A stretch of DNA of 64,000 nucleotides. It comes from Vicugna vicugna. Its lineage: Eukaryota. This document shows, piece by piece, positions 1 through 13,010 of this stretch. Positions within the stretch are counted from its first letter, which is position 1. Each line of letters opens with the position of its first letter. The DNA is taken from assembly GCA_013265495.1 (NCBI GenBank), contig MU058059.1, forward strand, positions 1,711,502 through 1,775,501. The letters run 5' to 3'. Both the position numbers and the translations under genes were made by a program. Below the pieces are notes generated by a model, which worked only from the letters and a program-made list of their open reading frames with translations, did no database searches and had not been told where the DNA came from.

Positions 1-3000
1 TCTTCTGCTACATGCCAGATTGTTGCCATAAGAACTTGGAATCTGTTCTGTCCTGAGTTGTCTGCTTCTTGCTTCAAGGTTCTGGGTACAAAGCAAAGCC
101 ATTTCTTATGGCTTTTTGCCCAAAGCCTATCCTGAATCGTGGGACTTGTCTTGTCTGCCCTAGGAGTGCATGCAAGGCTGCAGCTCTTGCAGCTTTCCTG
201 AGGCTGCTCCATGTGGACAGTGTCTCTGTGCCTGGGATTTCCCTGGGGGATGAGCCACCTTCTACACTGCATATGGGTTTTCTCAGTGTCTCATTTTAAG
301 GTGTTTTGGAAGAAAATCCCTTCTTGACTGGGTTTTTTTCTGAAAACAGATCCTCCATCTCTGGGAAATATCCTGGGCAGCACCAATGAACATGCTGTGT
401 GAACCTTGCCCATCTCCCTAGCACATAAAATACAAATGCCTGGGATCATGTCACTTCTGATATCATGTGAGGTTTATTGGGTCAAGAAAACTGCCACAGT
501 GAATCAGACTTTGCAGCTATCCAACTCATTTTTTGACTTCTTTTGGAGTGAGATTGAGTAATGGTCTATGATGGTTTCAATATTAAAAAAAAAAACCAAA
601 AACAAAAACAGATAGACTTCATTCTGTTCCCTCTCAGTATTTGCATTTCTTGGCTGGTTTATCATATAAATATTTCTTTTCATAAAGCATCTTCCTCAAC
701 CTAGTGATTGCGTAGATTGTCCTTTATTGAGCTTTCCAGTTGTTTTTCTCAGTCAGCATCATATTTCTGCAGTATAACTAGCTCTTCTGGCCCTAGGCTT
801 TGTCTATTCTCACTTTAGCCCCCACAGGCCCCATTTATAAGCATGAAACATATTTATTCATAAAATGTCAAGATCAATCATATGCAAAATTATAGGGCAG
901 AAAACTCCTAGCTTCAGTGCCTCACCTTATAGCATCCCTCCATGATACGGTTTTAAGGCAGACATTTTATCGCATTCATCTTCATACGGTGGGTTTTACA
1001 TTTTGAATGCAGCCACAAGTCAGATGTGCAAAAAGTGTACCTTTACTCATCTATCCTTGAACTCAAGTCTGTTCTACTACTTCAGGGACACTTAGTGTCT
1101 TCTGAGTCAAAGACATCTTTTTTAGGAAATTATTAATTTCAGGATTTAAGCTCAGTCCATTAACATTACAGCTTCTCATCATGGTTCTTGTCCTCTGTGG
1201 TGAAAATACCCTGGTGCTCCTCCTCCTCCTCTGTGATCCTGAGATTGTGTCTGGGAACAGGAGACATTGCGTAATTTTAGGGGGCTTTTGTGCTGTCCTC
1301 CAGACTGTGCTCATCTGCTTTTCCCTTTGGTAGGGGGGTAGAGGGGCTGTCTGTGTTGCCCCACTGCTGGTGGAGCTCTGTATTCACTCTGTCCACACAG
1401 GCAGTGCACGTTGGGAGCTCCAGACATTTTCCCATGCTTGTTCACACCCCACCTCCAATCTTGCTGGCCCTGGGATCTCCTGTGGCCTGGCTACACCTAC
1501 TCTTTGACTCCCCAGGTTGGGCTGTCAACCCTGAGGCCCTCTGCCACATGCTCTTTTCATCTCAGCTGTAGTGGTTCCTCTCAGAGCTTGCTGGTCAGTT
1601 CTCACTGGGGAACATGGGAGATTATTGATCTCCTCCGTGCCCTCTATGATGGTGTCTGGGAGGTGTGGATTGCCTCCAGTCCTCCACAGGATTGCCTCAT
1701 CCCGGAGTCTCAGGTGGGAATGGCACATAAGCTTCTCTGTCCTCCAGGACTCAAGCCTATCGCTCATACTGCCCTGCATCCCAGGGATTTAACCCAGAAA
1801 GGGGCAGATGGGATAGCCCCTCTTGAGTATAGTTCTCTTTTCTCTGCCGTCTCTCCCAAGCTGTGCAAATTTGAAGTCCCCTTTGTGTGGAAGCAATGCT
1901 GCCCTTCTAACGTCACGGTCTGTAGCCTTACTCATCATGGTTTAAAAATCTCCACATTCAGTCTCCCAGGCTTTGGTTTTGAGATTAATGGGGAGGTTTT
2001 AGAATTTAGGAAATTCAAGTGCCAAGCTCTGGTCATGGGAGCCTAGTTTTCTTGACTAATATATCTGGAATGTCTTTAAGGAGCCAATCTCGAAAGTCAA
2101 AATCTGAACTGTAAAGCTTTAGCCATTTCTCTCTTCCAGCTGTAACAGCTTGTATCAGTTTTTACATCTGCAAATGTAAAATGAAACTACAGGACTGTTA
2201 TCTTGCTGTGACTTCCTCTAAAAAGTAGAAAGACTCAAAAGTCATGGAGCAGTGCCAGTGGGCCTTAAAAGTAGAGAACAGGATGCTGTGTGATGTATGC
2301 CCCTGCAGTTATGGGGTGCATCCCTGTTAGAATAGCTCTGAAGACAGGAGTGGAAGGCTAAATTAAGTAATAGTTGTAGTAATAAAACTTGTGTTGGAGG
2401 GAGAGGACAGTTCTGATCTCTTTGTGTCATACACTCATCTTGAGACCATGTTGCACTTCTGTGTGTTCGTGATTCACCTGTGGACAATCCACACTAAAGC
2501 AGTTGTAACCTCTGGCTGAAAAGGTAGAATATCATGTGAGGAAATATGAAAAAGGAAGCATATGAGTACATTTTATAATATCATCTTGTTATATTTGTAT
2601 CCTCAAAACCCAGAAAGAAATTTATATTTAGGGAGGTAAGTCAGGGTGGTTTTTCCCTTCAAAAGCTACAGCCAAGTGGCTCCACCTAGAAATGGGCGCA
2701 GTCCTCTTCTCCAGGGAGGCCTGGAGGAACAAACCAACCCAGAAGAGGGAAGTGGCTAGTTTGCCCTCTGTCTGCAGAGAACAGATCCAAATAAGAAGGG
2801 GGAAGCTGCAGGGAAGAAAAATTACAAAAGAAGCAGACTCTGAATGACTGTAGTTTACCTGAAGGTAAATTGCTACTAATCAAATTACCTTTAGAATTGT
2901 ATTTCGTTTGGATCAGATTTGTGATCTGTAGATAAGAAGAATTCATCTACTTTAGGAAATATACCCCTTTCCACCATTAGCACTTGAAATGAATTCAGAA

Positions 3001-3499
3001 CAAAGGGATTCTAAATCTTTGAAGCACTGTGGTTAAGGGTATAATAATTCTTTCTCAAGTATCTCATCATCTTCAGCCTCTTTTCAGTCACTTTGAGAGG
3101 ATTTTTTAAAAATAGCCAAGCCTAAAGTGACTGTTTATTCCCACATGTGATGGCGACAGGGACAGACACAATCAAGTCATCAGGTACACACTGATGGTCC
3201 ATTCTTTGTGGAAATGAACAAAACAGTTACTTGTTTTTAGGGAACAGACCATCATGATTCTTAAAACCCAACTTTCATCCCAAATCCTCAAAACTGTAAA
3301 CATGAATTTGTTTATTCCCACCCATTAAGCAACACTCAGAATCAACGGAATGGAATGAAGTACTGAATAATTACAAACACTGCAATCACTACTATTTACT
3401 CAGAGCCCCCTCTCATAAAATGTTGTATATTTGTTCTTATGTTGGAGGGTTAGAGATGGTGAGTTACTTGTCCAGGTTCACAGTATTTGAGCAGTTAAG

Positions 3500-3756
3500 A
3501 GGCAGCACGGTGTTGTTGCAAAGTTCCTGAACTCTGTGCCAGGTTACCTGGGTTGAATCCCACCTACACCTCTTTCTAGGTCTGTGACCTTGGATGAGTT
3601 AACCAGTCTGGGCTCCCATTTCCCCTTGCAAAGTAAAGAGAATGATAATGGTGGTACTACCATGTGGAGCTGTTGTGAGGATTGAGTGAGTCAGGTGCCT
3701 AGCACAGCACGTAGCACCTACTAAATGCCATGTGAGTGCTGGCTGTTATTATTATT
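3500..3756 (+). mobile_element. MIR SINE, near full length
   Basis: Contains gggttgaatccc...tgtgaccttggatgagttaacc...gttgtgaggattgagtgag and ends in gctgttattattatt. Confidence 0.85.
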
Positions 3757-3757
3757 C

Positions 3758-4170
3758 TCTGGTTGCAGGTGACAAGAGCCCAACTCACACTAGCTTAAAC
3801 TGTAGAAGAAGAAGTGATAATATTTGCTTTAGGCGTGCCTTAGAAAAGAGGTTCAAAATCACCCCAGCATCTCAGCTTGCTTCTCCTTGGCTTCAAGATT
3901 TATCAGACAAGCTTTGTGGTAGCAAGATGGCTGTTTGCAGCTGCAGGGCTGCACTACCCTTACAGGGAATGAAAAATTCTTTTTATGAAGATTTGGCAGA
4001 GGTCCCAGGGGAGTAGCCCAGTTTTGGCCATATACCCATCCCTGCCATCCAGGCCTGTGTCTTGGGACAAGCACTGAGTAAGGAGGGCTGGGTATGCCCA
4101 GTCCAAACTACAAGGCCTGAGATGGGTTCCTGTGTGAAGGTAGTTAATGTAATTACCCAAAGGAAGGAAT
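3758..4170 (-). mobile_element. MLT1-type (ERVL-MaLR) solo LTR
   Basis: Contains ggttgcaggtgacaagagcccaactcacactagcttaa and gtggtagcaagatggctg, both typical of old MLT1 LTRs. Confidence 0.65.
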
Positions 4171-5004
4171 CAAGAAGAAATACGAATAAATATTATGTGT
4201 ACATATCATCTCCTGGATAGCAGGTGACACAGGAGAGATCAGAATTATCATCTCCCTCCAACACAAGTTTTATTACAACTGTTATTTAATTTAGCCACCT
4301 ATATTCAAGGCCATTCTATCAGGGCTGCATCCCACAACAGCAGGGGCATAAGTTACACAGCATCCTACCCTCTACTTGTGTGGCCCACTAGCACTGCTCT
4401 CCCATGACTTTCGAGTCCTCCCCCCTCTTTGAGAAAAGCACAGTTAAGGTAGCAGCTTTAATTTCATCTCACATATGCAGATGTAGAAAGTGAGGATTGA
4501 GTGGACAAGGAGCTTCTTACTCATTAAGTAGCTGTTTAAGCCTACTTTGTAGCAGATGCTATAGTAAGTCTGCTAGCAGCCTTCTGAGAACCCAACCAGA
4601 AATGACTGATCTGGAATTCCAGCACTGTGAGTCAGAACTTCCTTTTCAGAGGCCATGCCAGTATTCTGGCCTAGTGATGCCAAGGCATTCAGGCTTTCTG
4701 TGACTTTTTTGAGCTGGATGATAATCAGTAGTAACTAGGTACATCACTAAATAATGTTTCAACTAACAGACAAACATCAGTTTCTTGCTGTGTTCCCTTG
4801 CCTTCTCAGTTTCAAAGGATGGCTCAGTTACAATCATGACCCTTTCTGCAGAAATATTTATAGGCTTTGGAGTGTATTGAAACGTCTTTATTATCTGACT
4901 AACAATGTGGGATAGAGTTTATTGAATTCCCCTGGAACCTCAAATAGGTACCGCTAACAAAGAAGAATAACAATGTCATGAAAGCTTAGCATAATAAAGA
5001 GAAC

Positions 5005-5230
5005 ATAACGTTTATCGAACATAATGTATGTACTGATTTTACAGCTCATCCTTTCTAAATCATAGCCAACAACCCTGTATGGTAGGTGTTACCTCACTTT
5101 GCAGGTGAGAAAAATCAAACACCAGAGAGATTAAGTAAAGGCGCATAGTCCTGTGGCACTAGATGGAAGAGAGAGAGTTTACTGATCTGTCTGTCCTGCT
5201 TCAAACCCTGCCTTCCTTCCACCATCCTTT
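5005..5230 (-). mobile_element. MIR SINE
   Basis: aacaaccctgtatggtaggtg...cactttgcaggtgagaaaa...agagagattaagtaa is the reverse-complement MIR core. Confidence 0.75.
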
Positions 5231-6469
5231 AACCATACGTGATAAACTTACTTTAAAATTATACCTTCAGTTTCACTTCCCCACAGCCAGGTGACTCAGT
5301 TCAGATCCTGTAAGTCTTAATGAATGATGTAATCTGAGCCCATTTGAGGACTGCTTTGTCAATATGGAATCTTCCTATTGAAAGGAATGGAATTTGAATC
5401 TTTCTATTCTCATCACAAAATCACAGGTCGATTTGATTGTAAACTTCAGGAAATAAAACCCTCCCCACCTCCACCCCCGTCCTTATTCGGAGCCACATCT
5501 AGGCAAAACTGCAAGATGAGCAAGTGTATTCTTTCTTTTCCTCACTCTGTGAAACCCATTCTCTGCTCTTGGATATCTTTACCACTCATGATCCTTTACA
5601 GAAGGCAAAGGATCCCAGAAGGCCATGTCACTAGATCATTTAACACCCAGGGATTGCCAAATGAAAGGTTAGCATTCAGCCTAGGCACAGCCGATCTGAT
5701 GCAGTATTCTGGAACTCTATGTCCTGAGAAGAATGAAGCAAGAATGGGAGAATAGTTAAAAGTAGTTAATTGTATCAGAAGCTCTGAGGCAAGACTGTAT
5801 TCTGGAAGATTGTGTTCTCATTCGTGCCCCACATCTTGTTCTTCAGCTTGACCTTCATAATCCTGTGATATTCCCATGACCTTTCTGAAACTGTCTTCCT
5901 TGTTTCAGAATCAGAAATGTTTTTGTGGTTTGCAACCAAAGGACTCATAATAAATCTTCCTTCCTCGTTGGTAGGCCCACGTGCCACATCTCTCTCTGGG
6001 CATCTTACTGTTATGTTCTTTCTTTACCAGCTCGGTGGAAACCTTATGTCCTCATTCCTGCACTTTCCAGGTCAGGTGGTCTGTACTGTCCAGGATGACT
6101 GTTAATGAAGTAAGTAAGTTGTCTGTAATATTGAGCTAGTGGCAGAGAGAGGGGGTTGATAGAGTTCTTTCCTCAGCTTCTCCTCTGAGGCACTTACAAA
6201 ATTTATGAAGCTGAAGTTCCTCTCAACAGCTGTTTAAAATCCTCTTGGAGTTTGTCTTAGGAGTCTGTTTGGAACTTAGCATCTGGCCATTTATAATTGG
6301 CTTTCTTCTTTCCAGGTTTCAGTGTATACTGTTCTCCAAAGGAGGTTGGGAAGCATAGGAGATGTTAAGTCAGAAGAGCTGAGTGAGGACCAGGTTGTGC
6401 AGAACCCAGGGAGGACACAAGTAGATCTACAGACACAAGTAGATCCTGGTTCTACCCTGTTGGAAACCT

Positions 6470-6860
6470 ACAGTGGATTTCCCATTTGAATCCCTTACTC
6501 GGCAAGCAGACCCCTGGTGCCTGACCTCTGTGTTTAGCCTCATCTCTAGCTTGATTCTCCAGCAGAGCTAAGCTAAAGTTGCTTCTCTGTATATGCCTAA
6601 TTGTTTCTTTCCTCTGTGCCTTTTTTTCAGTCTGTTATCTCTCACTGGAATTTCCCTTCTTCTCATTCCTTACAACTGCCCTCTCCTACTCCTGAGCTGG
6701 CCGGTTGTTACTCATCTTTTACGACCTGTCTCTAGCATTACCTCTTCTGGGTTCTGTGGTGACCTACTAGTCCAACCCCACTGCTACTCTTGACTGTGCT
6801 TCCAAATTCTTAATCATTTTTGCATTCTTGGTGCTTAGCATTGTAGGTACTAATGATGAT
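6470..6860 (+). mobile_element. L2 LINE fragment
   Basis: Pyrimidine-rich L2 3' region pattern (cactggaatttcccttc...catcttttacgacctgtctctagcattacctcttctggg). Confidence 0.55.
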
Positions 6861-8079
6861 TGTAGGTTCTTAGGATGGATGGCTGGCTGGATGGATACAT
6901 GAAGCCCTTGTATAATCACAAAACATGTAGAAAGTATTCCATGGTGGAAATCTTTTTAGACCAGAGCTTCATGTTTGTTGCCTTCCCCCACTCTGCCTGG
7001 CTCTATTAGTAGTGATTCATTTCTAATCAATAATGATTCAGTTTATTTGTAGAAGTCACTTAAGTCGTTTAGCTAAGTCACATTAGTGGCTCAGTTATGT
7101 CCAGCACATACATAACACAAGTCTTGACCTGGCTGACAGGCTTTCACGGTGACATAGTTTGCTTAACCTGATTACCAAACTGATGATAGAACGTAGAGCA
7201 GTTACTGAAGGAAAATTGGCCCTAACATCTTTTAAAAAATAGACGCCAAGAAAACAATGGGAAAATCAGAGTAGTCAAAAGTTGTGTTCTCTAGAGAGCA
7301 TTCAGAAAATAAATTTGCATAATTCAATTAGTGCCAGTCAGTTTTTAAAAATATTTCAGGGTAGAAATTCAAGATTTAGCTGAATCAATGATGAAGAATT
7401 TATTCATTATTTTCTAAATACTTATTTCATTAAAGTATTTTCTCTTTATATAAGTGAAATTCCTCCAATTTTGCATTAATTCCCCCTAATTTTATCCAGT
7501 CTTTCTAGAGGATTTTGGGGAAGTGGTGAATGTGTGTTAAGATGGAGTTTTGACAGAGTTAAGAAGTTTCTCTTCATAGGTAAGAACTGTGCTTTCATTT
7601 CCTGCAAGATAGGGCTGGTGACCGTGTGACTTGCTGTGGGAATGGCTCAGCGGCTGCAGAGACTCATGCCGATGCAGCTGTTTCCCTGCTCTGGTACCAG
7701 AGATTCTCCTGGTAGCAGTTTTGCCAGATAAGCAGCCATGGCCACAAGAGACACTTTCCTTCTGTCCGTGTTAAGGTTTTGCACACACGCGCTGTTTTCT
7801 TGCCTTTCCTGATGGGGTTGAACATGTTGAAGTATCTCCATGTCTCCTAATGCTTGCTGCTGTGTGTCCTACACTGGGGACCCAGAGTTGGGGAGGCTTT
7901 CCCAGGTAAGCTTCATTATGTGAATTAAGTCTGACTCTTCCCTCAGTAAACTTTATGAAACACCCCTGGAATTCCAAAGATCAGATTGTTTAGTCTTGAG
8001 GGTTGAACGCCAGTGATGCTTCTAGAAAGGCTGAGGTAGAGGATAGTGACAGGGGATAGTGAAAAAAGGAGAAGGAACC

Positions 8080-8290
8080 CACTTCTGCTGAGCATCTGTG
8101 ATATGCTTAGCACCATGACTGGTGTTTTCAAGATGCAGTCTCATTTTACCTTCCTGTCAACTCTCGAGGAGATCCCGCACTTTTCAAAATAGGAAATTAA
8201 AACGGAAAAATTGACACAGAGAGTAAGTAGCAAATTCATAATTCAAACTCAAGCTCAACTCTGCCTGACCCTGTTTGGTCTACCACTCTG
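8080..8290 (-). mobile_element. MIR SINE (degenerate)
   Basis: ctgagcatctgtgatatgc...tctcattttaccttcc...attcaaactcaagctc. Confidence 0.55.
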
Positions 8291-8694
8291 CCTCCTCTGT
8301 TTATTAGGAAAGTGCAGAGTCTTGTGCATCTGTAGGTCACATATGTCACTACCCTCTAGTGCCTTATGTATGTGAGTCCAGTGACAGATTTACAAGGCAG
8401 AATGAAATACTGAATTAGCCTTCAGCACATTCTAAGAGCAGTTAATGACTGTATATATGTATACATAAATATATAAATTTTGAACTATCTTAGTGTTGTA
8501 CTTTGAAAATACATGCATTTCTTCATTTATTACATTTTATAATTATTATATGCTAGTGATATCTTTCCTCTGATAAGCTAAATAGGTTTATGGAAAGCTG
8601 CCTCAAAGAGACATAAACCCTACCCATTTCTTTACGTTATAAAGGAGGAATGGATGTTGAATCTTAGCAAACCTTTTATGAAAAAGAGCTATAA

Positions 8695-8930
8695 TACTTA
8701 AGAGCCTGGATGAAGGGAGCCAGACTCCCTGGGCTTGAACCTGAGCTTTGGCACATCCTAGCCTGACTGACCTTGGCCAAGTTACTATAGCCAGTTCATT
8801 TTACTCTGTAAAATGAAGATTGTAACAATACTTATCTCAGAGGGCTGCTGTGAGCATTTTATGAATGGGGCTCTGATGCCTAGAACAGAACGAGGCACAT
8901 TAAGTTAAGTATTCAGTAAACACGGGCTAT
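8695..8930 (+). mobile_element. MIR SINE
   Basis: ggagccagactccctgggcttgaacc...gaccttggccaagttact...ctgtaaaatgaagat...cctagaacag. Confidence 0.8.
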
Positions 8931-8939
8931 TTTGTTTTC

Positions 8940-9050
8940 TTTACGTTGAGGAAGCAGGTCTGCAGTTCAGCAACTCGCTCGGGTCCCAGTGTTCTGCTGG
9001 TGGCAGGGTTGGTACAGACACCCAGGTCTCCCATTCTCCATCCAGTGCTG
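8940..9050 (-). mobile_element. MIR SINE fragment
   Basis: tttacgttgaggaagcagg...acccaggtctcccattctccatccagtgct. Confidence 0.5.
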
Positions 9051-9320
9051 GGAACTGTAGTGACAACCAGAGCAATGCAGTGTGGCAAACTAGAATTTTC
9101 CCTTTACCATTGCCCCTAGTCTAAATAAACTGAAAATACCATTTCTGTGCCCTGAGTATCCACTGTCTGCTACAGGGACAATTTATCAACCCAGTTCCCA
9201 GATGGAGAATCTTTCCGAGTGTCCCTGGTGACTCTGCTGCCCGGTTAGTCGTCACAGTCTTGTGCTGTCATCCCCCAGCCCAGTAGTTCCCAGCATGCCA
9301 AAAATGTAAACAGACTCTGC

Positions 9321-10115
9321 CAGATCCAGAATCCCATATCTTTCCTTCCTGAAATCCAAAAAGCTCTCAAATCTGGAAGCTTTTTCATAACTTATTTAAC
9401 TGTAAAACTTGCTCAGACCTGAATTATTTGGCAACCAAGCACCTGAAGTGATATGATTTATTTATTGTATTTATCCATCATAGTGAGTACTCACACAGTT
9501 AACTGCAGATGTACTAATGCTTTTGCCTACAGGATATTGCCCAGATCTCGTGGGGATATGTATCAGTCGGGGTCTTGGCAGGAAGGGATGGGGTACTCAG
9601 CCCAGGTAAATGAGCAGAGTTTAGTAAAAGGACTATCGGTAGAGGTGTGGGTGGGGTGAGGGACCAACAGGGATGTTGCAGGAGGCCAAAAGGAGGGATT
9701 ACGTGATGAACCAGGAGCTGTTACCAACCCTAGCGTCAGAGTTACCAGAACCCTGTGAGAGCACATGGGAGCAGGCCACTGTCAGAGGTGTGGCCTTGGG
9801 TGGAAAGAACCAACCAGCAGCAAAATAGCAGAGAAGCATCCTGAGAAATAAATACCCAACCTGATTTTTCTCTCTTTCTCTAGATTTTCTGCTGGTGCCT
9901 TTCTTTGATTGCACTCTACCTGAAGCCAGAGGCAGGAGAGCCCACAGGTGAAGCCATAAGGTGAGCCACTAGGCACCAAGCAGAGTCGTGAGGGTGGCAG
10001 GTGGATCTGGAGGGTGAAAGGAGAATCCTTGCACAGCACATTCTCTAATGCTAATACATGCACTCCACCACCTTTATGAAACCTGAAAGCTCAAGAATGC
10101 TTAAAGAGTTGTAGT
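9321..10115. mobile_element. MER46C-like TcMar-Tigger DNA element, split by an LTR insertion
   Basis: TIR-like cagatccagaatcccatatct at 9321, then ctgaaatccaaaaagctctc...ttttttcataacttattt. The element resumes after about 10036. Confidence 0.65.
9559..10035 (-). mobile_element. LTR33-like ERVL solo LTR
   Basis: TG...CA termini. The reverse complement starts tgtgcaaggattctcctttcaccctccagatccac, resembling the LTR33 5' end. Confidence 0.7.
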
Positions 10116-10279
10116 TTATTAAGTCAGCAGCATATACCCACATTACAAAAATATTAATACATACATGTGAAACTTTTTTATTTTTTAAGTTTGCAGTGCC
10201 ATAGAGACTTATGAACCTTTTATAATAATTCCTTGGCTACTTTGAAAGATTGCAACTGTTGCACTCAAGAGTGCTATCT

Positions 10280-10410
10280 CATTCACCAATTCATTCATCC
10301 ATTCATAAGTTCACTCAGCAGATGTTCTTTATTGATTGACTGCTCTGCAAAACATAGTCTCTGGGATATAAAGACAAAAATGTGACAGTAGTACTTCCAA
10401 TAGCTTACAA
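10280..10410 (-). mobile_element. L2 3' end
   Basis: attcattcatccattcat...ttattgattgactgctctgc...ctgggatata. Confidence 0.65.
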
Positions 10411-10679
10411 CTTAGGAAAACACCATTTGTTGGAAAATAGTAATATGATCCTGGATTAGCAAAGTTTCATCTGAAAGCTATCTTGCTGCTGGAAGCTCTG
10501 TTTTGAGAAGGATTTCGTGGCACATCTGGGCACAGAGGGGCTCTGCCCACTAGCTACGTGTGAGGGGGTGCAGGAGCTGGGTGTGTGAGCGCACACATGG
10601 TTCTGTCTGGCTGTCCTTTCACTACATGGCAGAATGAGCTTGTTCCACCACAGGAGCAAAAGTGATCCCTACAGAGGTA

Positions 10680-11250
10680 GTAGGGTTACTTTGAGTTTGA
10701 AAAACCCTAGAACGCTTGGTGGGGGTCGGTAGGGGGTTTTAAGGGTTTCCAGACAGGCAAAGGACAGGTAAGAGCAAAGGCAAAGTAAGAATGCAGGACA
10801 GGCTGGTGTTAAGTGGGCCGCAGGGTCTGGGGAGTGAAAAAGTCGTAGGTGACCAAAATAGATTAATAAGGACCTATTGTAAGGAACTTGGACTTTATTT
10901 TGTAGCAATTGAGGATTTTTGAAAAAGGGGAGGTCCTGTGTTTCAGGAAAGTCACTTTCCCAGCACTCTGAATGCGGGGAGGGATGAGGAGGAGCATGAT
11001 GGAAAGTAACTATGTCAAAGGAAGATCGCCATCACCCAGGAAAGCAATGGTGCTGTGAGAACAAGGACAGTGGCAGTAGGAACAGAAAGAATGGTTGGCA
11101 GACATTTTGAGAAGGAAATGACAGATGTGATAATTGTATGAAGGGAGGAACCAGAGTGACTCCAGAGTGTCTAAATTAGGAATGTCAAGAGAAAGAGGAG
11201 GACCCTTGAAGCTAACATGAGGGAGCGCTCCGAAATGTTGGACATGAGTT
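10680..11250 (-). mobile_element. L2 LINE fragment
   Basis: ggaacttggactttattttgtagcaat...gagggaggaaccagagtgactccagagtgtct. Confidence 0.65.
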
Positions 11251-11365
11251 ACAGCCAAAATATTTTTAAGGAAATACCCTGCACGTATCTAAAATTGTGT
11301 CTCCACTCCAGTTCAAAAACAAACAAAAAATGCCAGGGAGAAATTCTGTGGTCAGAAAAGGTTAC

Positions 11366-11697
11366 ACCACTATAATTCCTTACGGTAATTCCAAAATTCA
11401 AAAAGCTGTAAAATTACACATTTTTAAAAAAGTTTCGTGTCAAGACTTACTTGGTAACAAACCTGCCATGAAAAAAATCTAAGGCTATTAACAGACTTTA
11501 TCCCACTTAGGGTCAATTTTTTTTTGCTGAAGAAATAATATGTTTGAATACAGGGTACTATCCCAAATTGCAGTGGACAAAGTGTGTTCTATATAAAATG
11601 GTGCATGTACCAAATTACCTTTTAAAACTAAAAAATGTTTATAAATTCTAAAACATATTCCATCCCGAAGTTTTAGGTGAGGCATCATGGTTGTGTA
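11366..11697. mobile_element. Second MER46C-like Tigger element
   Basis: aattccaaaattcaaaaagctg...ggctattaacagactttatcccacttag...tgtttgaatacagggtact...gtaccaaattacctttt. Confidence 0.65.
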
Positions 11698-12997
11698 TCA
11701 ATACTTATACTGTTTCTTTACTTCATATTTTAAGAAGATACTCTCTTAGTTTTGATGTATTTGTTATTAAACACAGTAGGTAAACAGATGCCTCTTTGTA
11801 TCTGAAATTTTTGGAAAAATAAGCATTCTTTGTGTGTGCCTGTTCCACATGCTGACACTTAAGAAGTTTCTTCATTAAACTGTGATACTGCTACTACCTA
11901 CCTCACAGTTGTTTACAGAGCTAATGTGCAGGATCCAGCACATGACAAGTAAGTATGTTGGTAAATGTTAGTCCTTATTATCCCACCCCTTTAGCCAACA
12001 AAACATTTTCAAAAAGCATTTTGGATGATTTTTTTTTTTTTTGCTTTCCCAATCTCTGAAAGTGCAGTGAAAACAAATGTCTCCCTTCTTGAAGAATGTG
12101 AAGGAAGCCGCAGAGGGAATGAGCATTTCTTGAGAACTAGCGATGCACATGGTGCTTTTGATCCCATGAAAATTTTCAGATACAAAAACAGATACTGAGA
12201 AGTTAAGTAGCAGGATCCAGTTCACCCCTCAGTAAGGGGTGAACTAAGTCCTCTTTCCAGTCCACCTGCTCCCACGGGAGTGTAAGAGACCACAGGTAAA
12301 ACCCCTGTCCGGGGGGCCTCTCTGTAGCATCTTCTGCTTCTCTTTTTAACTGATTACAAGGATGTTGACTTTTCATTTGTGCCATTAGTCTGATATAGGT
12401 AAAGACATCAGACCCCAAATTTCTGACTGGGCCTCCCTGCCAGATCCCATCCCCTCCCTCAGTGAAGACCTAGGGAGTAACATGTATTTTGCCCATGATA
12501 ATCAAGTCTAATTTTCAGACCAGCTGAAAGCATATCTGCTAATTTGATCAGGATTCGGAGGAGGAAGGGGATGTAGAGTGAGGTAAGAGTCTGGTTCTGT
12601 GGCACTGAGGGTGAGGGTTCTGCTTGTTTTAAGAGGGAATTACCTGCCTGAAAGGAAATCAAGTTTTTGTAACTTGGCTAAGTAAACGGCAACATAATCC
12701 AGTTCTTCCATTTTTGATGTGGATGCTTTAAGTGAGAGAGTGTCACATTTTCTTCCTTTTTTCCTCAGACCACTCTCATTTGACCTGGCCCCTCTGCTTC
12801 CCAGCCGGGGCTCCCCGGGCAGGGTTTCTTTCTCTCGCTTCGTGCTGCCAAGCAGGAAATGTCCCTGGCCTCGGGATAAGCCTCCCGTTTGAAGGGGTGG
12901 GGGTGGGGGTGAGAAAAGGAAAAGGAAAAGAAACAAAGCAAGAAAAACTTTATGAGAGCAGCTAGCCCGAGCCCCTAAGGATCGCTGCTGGTTTCCA

Positions 12998-13010
12998 GTT
13001 ACCTAGAAAC
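12998..13010. promoter_or_regulatory. RFX X-box-like motif GTTACCTAGAAAC
   Basis: Fits the imperfect palindrome GTTRCC-TAGNAAC and lies about 80 bp upstream of the TATA-like element. Confidence 0.5.

Noticed and set aside
1411..2046. 211-aa ORF, the longest in the track
   Set aside because: Non-ATG start, no recognisable domain, no exon context; consistent with a chance ORF.
6414..6445. Short direct repeats (gacacaagtagatc x2; also ggcctgaact x2 at 47131-47150)
   Set aside because: Ordinary slippage micro-duplications with two copies only; not an array.
7565..7590. Pyrimidine-AG|GTAAGA recursive-site-like motif
   Set aside because: Upstream of the ARHGAP28 promoter with no evident + strand transcription unit.
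8347..8363. CTCF-like motif (reverse complement GGCACTAGAGGGTAGTG); similar partial matches near 30025 and 30755
   Set aside because: Each mismatches key core positions; not supportable without a PWM score or ChIP data.
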